Made by a program: the position numbers and the translations under genes. Positions 1 through 1,081 of a stretch of DNA of 1,081 bases are shown here, one piece after another (the stretch's first letter is position 1; every line of letters begins with the position of its first letter). The notes below the pieces were generated by a model. That model was not told where the DNA came from. It was given only the letters and a program-made list of their open reading frames with translations, and did not search any database. This DNA is from Naegleria gruberi. Taxonomy: Eukaryota. The stretch lies in the NCBI GenBank assembly GCA_000004985.1, contig GG739576.1; one strand, 5' to 3'.

Positions 1-282
1 AATATTGCCCATTTAAAGTTTGAGAATAGATTGAAGGTTATCCACCTCCAAGATCTCTAATCATTAGCTTTACCTGGCAAAATTAATTATGAATCTCCGC
101 TATCCTGAGGGAAATTTCGGCAGGAACCAGCTACTAGGCGATTCGATGAGTCTTTCGCTCCTATACCCAGCTCGGACGAGCGATTTGCACGTCAGCACCG
201 CGGGAGGTCCTCCACCAGGATTTCTCCTGGCTTCAACCAGTCCGGGCATAGTTCATCACCTTTCGGGTACTAGCATATTTAC

Positions 283-326
283 TCTAACTCAGACCGAAAG
301 GCCCGGTTTGTGCTGTTAACACAATA
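283..326 (-). other. Short D3-equivalent variable region containing a small hairpin (ACCG-GGCCTTT-CGGT in the rRNA sense)
   Basis: It lies between GCGTAATGAAAGTG and CCCGAAAGGTGATGAACTATGCC. It is markedly shorter than the corresponding yeast segment (~110 nt in yeast vs ~55 nt here, from memory). The local inverted repeat accg/cggt flanks ggcc. Confidence 0.5.
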
Positions 327-383
327 CACTTTCATTACGCCTTCACAATTAAAATTGCTACGGCTTGCAGATATGCTAGACTC

Positions 384-407
384 CTTGGTCCGTGTTTCAA
401 GACGGGA
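384..407 (-). other. Universal eukaryotic LSU motif CCCGTCTTGAAACACGGACCAAGG (start of domain II, immediately 3' of D2; a standard LSU primer-binding region)
   Basis: The + strand reads ccttggtccgtgtttcaagacggg at 384-407, an exact reverse complement of the conserved motif. Confidence 0.95.
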
Positions 408-410
408 CGT

Positions 411-660
411 TCCCAAATACCATACCAACAATATACTAATGACCGATAGTTTGCGACACACCCTATCAACTACGACCCCGGTACCACACCAAAGCCGTGA
501 AGCAATGGCATAGCAAAAAGATTTTCGTTAATAGAGCGCATCTACAACGGCATTCTTAGCATGTGTAGCCCAATCCTCGCAAAGCAAGAACAGAGTTGTT
601 GGATACCTTTAATGCACCAAAGAGTACACTACAGGTGTCGATACTTGGTTACGCTTAAAT
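411..660 (-). other. D2 expansion segment of LSU rRNA (approximate boundaries)
   Basis: About 250 nt of lineage-specific sequence sits between conserved GTGAAATTGC (665-674) and the universal CCCGTCTTGAAACACGGACC block (384-407). This is the canonical position of the D2 expansion segment. There is no detectable similarity to yeast D2, as expected for this hypervariable region. Confidence 0.7.
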
Positions 661-871
661 CTATGCAATTTCACACTCTTTTCACCCTCTTACCAGAGTA
701 CTTTTCAACGTTCCCTCACGGTACTTGTTTACTAACGGTCTTATGCATTATATTTAGCCTTAGAGGAAGTTTATCCCCCATATTCAGATTGTACTATCAA
801 ACAATCCTACTCGCAGATACAATTCCGTACAAGATCGAATGAACCGATAACGGGCCTAACACCCTCTATGG

Positions 872-999
872 ATTCACTAGTGAATACCTTTGCAGGTAAT
901 TTCACAGTTCTCGACCTAAGGAATAGCATCCTCACCCTACAACTCCAAGGCAAAACCTTAGATTCAGGATGGGCTTTTCTCTTTTCCCTCGCAGGTACT
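872..999 (-). other. D1 variable/expansion region of LSU rRNA (approximate boundaries)
   Basis: It lies between the 5' core GGAAAAGAAATCAACAG and the conserved CATAGAGGGTG at ~861-871. This stretch has little primary-sequence similarity to the yeast D1 region beyond the scaffold motifs. Confidence 0.6.
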
Positions 1000-1081
1000 A
1001 GGAGAATCTCTGTTGATTTCTTTTCCTCCCCTTATTAATATGCTTAAATCCAGGGGGTACCCTCTCACATTAGAGGCCAGT
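1000..1081 (-). other. LSU rRNA 5'-terminal conserved core (the region that pairs with 5.8S in eukaryotes); the mature 5' end is approximately at the window edge
   Basis: The reverse complement of 1021-1081 is actggcctctaatgtgagagggtaccccctggatttaagcatattaataaggggaggaaaa. This aligns with the yeast 25S 5' end GTTTGACCTCAAATCAGGTAGGAGTACCCGCTGAACTTAAGCATATCAATAAGCGGAGGAAAAG. ITS2 and 5.8S would lie beyond 1081 and are not in the window. Confidence 0.8.

Larger units (their letters stand above)
1..1081 (-). rRNA. Eukaryotic nuclear-type large-subunit rRNA (25S/28S-like), partial: the 5' ~1,080 nt of the gene. The rRNA 5' end is at or just beyond 1081 and the 3' part continues beyond position 1.
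   Basis: The reverse complement runs 5'->3' through the canonical eukaryotic LSU landmarks in the correct order and spacing. GGATTTAAGCATATTAATAAGGGGAGGAAAAG is on the + strand at ~1019-1050 (compare yeast GAACTTAAGCATATCAATAAGCGGAGGAAAAG). CATAGAGGGTG is at ~861-871 and GTGAAATTGC at 665-674. CCCGTCTTGAAACACGGACCAAGG is at 384-407, GCGTAATGAAAGTG at ~327-340 and CCCGAAAGGTGATGAACTATGCC at ~245-268. GAAGCCAGGAGAAATCCTGGTGGAGG is at ~206-231, GACGTGCAAATCG at 181-193 and GGGTATAGGAGCGAAAGACTCATCGAA at ~143-170. CTAGTAGCTGGTTCC is at 123-137, TTTCCCTCAGGATAGC at 99-114, GGTAAAGCTAATGATTAGAG at ~55-75 and TATTCTCAAACTTTAAATGG at 8-27. TTAAGCATAT at the 5' end and the GACCCGTCTTGAAACACGGACC block are diagnostic of eukaryotic (not bacterial or organellar) LSU rRNA. 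The comparison is against my memory of S. cerevisiae 25S rRNA. Confidence 0.95.

Noticed and set aside
89-319. + strand ORF of 76 aa (MNLRYPEGNFGRNQ...)
   Set aside because: It lies on the strand antisense to a highly conserved LSU rRNA stretch (the GACGTGCAAATCG / CTAGTAGCTGGTTCC / CCTCAGGATAGC region). It has no RBS or promoter context and a low-complexity, proline/serine-rich translation. It is a chance ORF over rRNA.
283-326. Small inverted repeat accg-ggccttt-cggt that could be read as a terminator-like hairpin on the + strand
   Set aside because: It sits inside the rRNA in the D3-equivalent variable region and is followed by no U-tract. It is most simply an rRNA structural helix, not a transcription terminator.
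279-461. - strand ORF of 60 aa (MCRKLSVISILLVWYLGTSRLETRTKESS...)
   Set aside because: It is on the same strand as the rRNA but spans the universal CCCGTCTTGAAACACGGACCAAGG motif and part of D2/D3. Frames open by chance over rRNA are common, and nothing else supports coding.
310-513. + strand ORF of 67 aa (MLLTQYTFITPSQLKLL...)
   Set aside because: It is antisense to the rRNA across the domain II start and the D2 expansion segment. It is short, with no supporting signals. It is spurious.
561-842. + strand ORF of 93 aa (MCSPILAKQEQSCWIPLMHQRVHYRCRYLV...)
   Set aside because: It is antisense to the LSU domain-I core and D2. The translation spans sequence that is demonstrably rRNA (GTGAAATTGC, AACAAGTACCGTGAGGGAA, CTAAGGCTAAATA motifs on the opposite strand). 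It is spurious.
1-1081. Possible group I/II intron or R1/R2-type retroelement insertion in the rDNA
   Set aside because: The window is colinear with the yeast 25S landmarks with no unexplained large insertion. The classic R1/R2 and most LSU group I intron insertion sites lie further 3' in the gene, outside this window.
1-1081. The premise that the window may hold a novel, undescribed protein or defence system
   Set aside because: Every base of the window is accounted for by a single structural RNA gene, and there is no room for an additional system. The only novelty is taxonomic: a divergent LSU sequence.

Overview
The whole 1081-nt window is the 5' portion (about the first 1,080 nt) of a eukaryotic nuclear-type large-subunit rRNA gene (25S/28S-like) on the minus strand. 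The mature 5' end lies at or just beyond position 1081, and the gene runs out of the window past position 1. Reverse-complementing the window gives a sequence that follows my memory of the S. cerevisiae 25S rRNA step by step, with no large insertion. The 5' core at about 1000-1081 reads GGATTTAAGCATATTAATAAGGGGAGGAAAAGAAATCAACAG. It is followed by the D1 variable region, then a domain-I core with CATAGAGGGTG and CTAAGGCTAAATA...AACAAGTACCGTGAGGGAA...GTGAAATTGC, then a D2 expansion segment of about 250 nt. After D2 comes the near-universal CGTCCCGTCTTGAAACACGGACCAAGG, then GCGTAATGAAAGTG, a short D3, then CCCGAAAGGTGATGAACTATGCC...GAAGCCAGGAGAAATCCTGGTGGAGG...CTGACGTGCAAATCG...GGGTATAGGAGCGAAAGACTCATCGAA...CTAGTAGCTGGTTCCTGCCGAAATTTCCCTCAGGATAGC...GGTAAAGCTAATGATTAGAG...TATTCTCAAACTTTAAATGG. 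All four ORFs in the supplied six-frame track are chance reading frames across this rRNA gene, so I report no protein-coding gene. I see no CRISPR array, mobile element or intron, and no novel protein system. What is worth noting is taxonomic: several normally invariant core motifs are substituted, which points to a divergent, fast-evolving eukaryotic lineage (some protist, not a standard fungus, animal or plant). If the window came from a prokaryotic assembly, it is host or contaminant eukaryotic rDNA.
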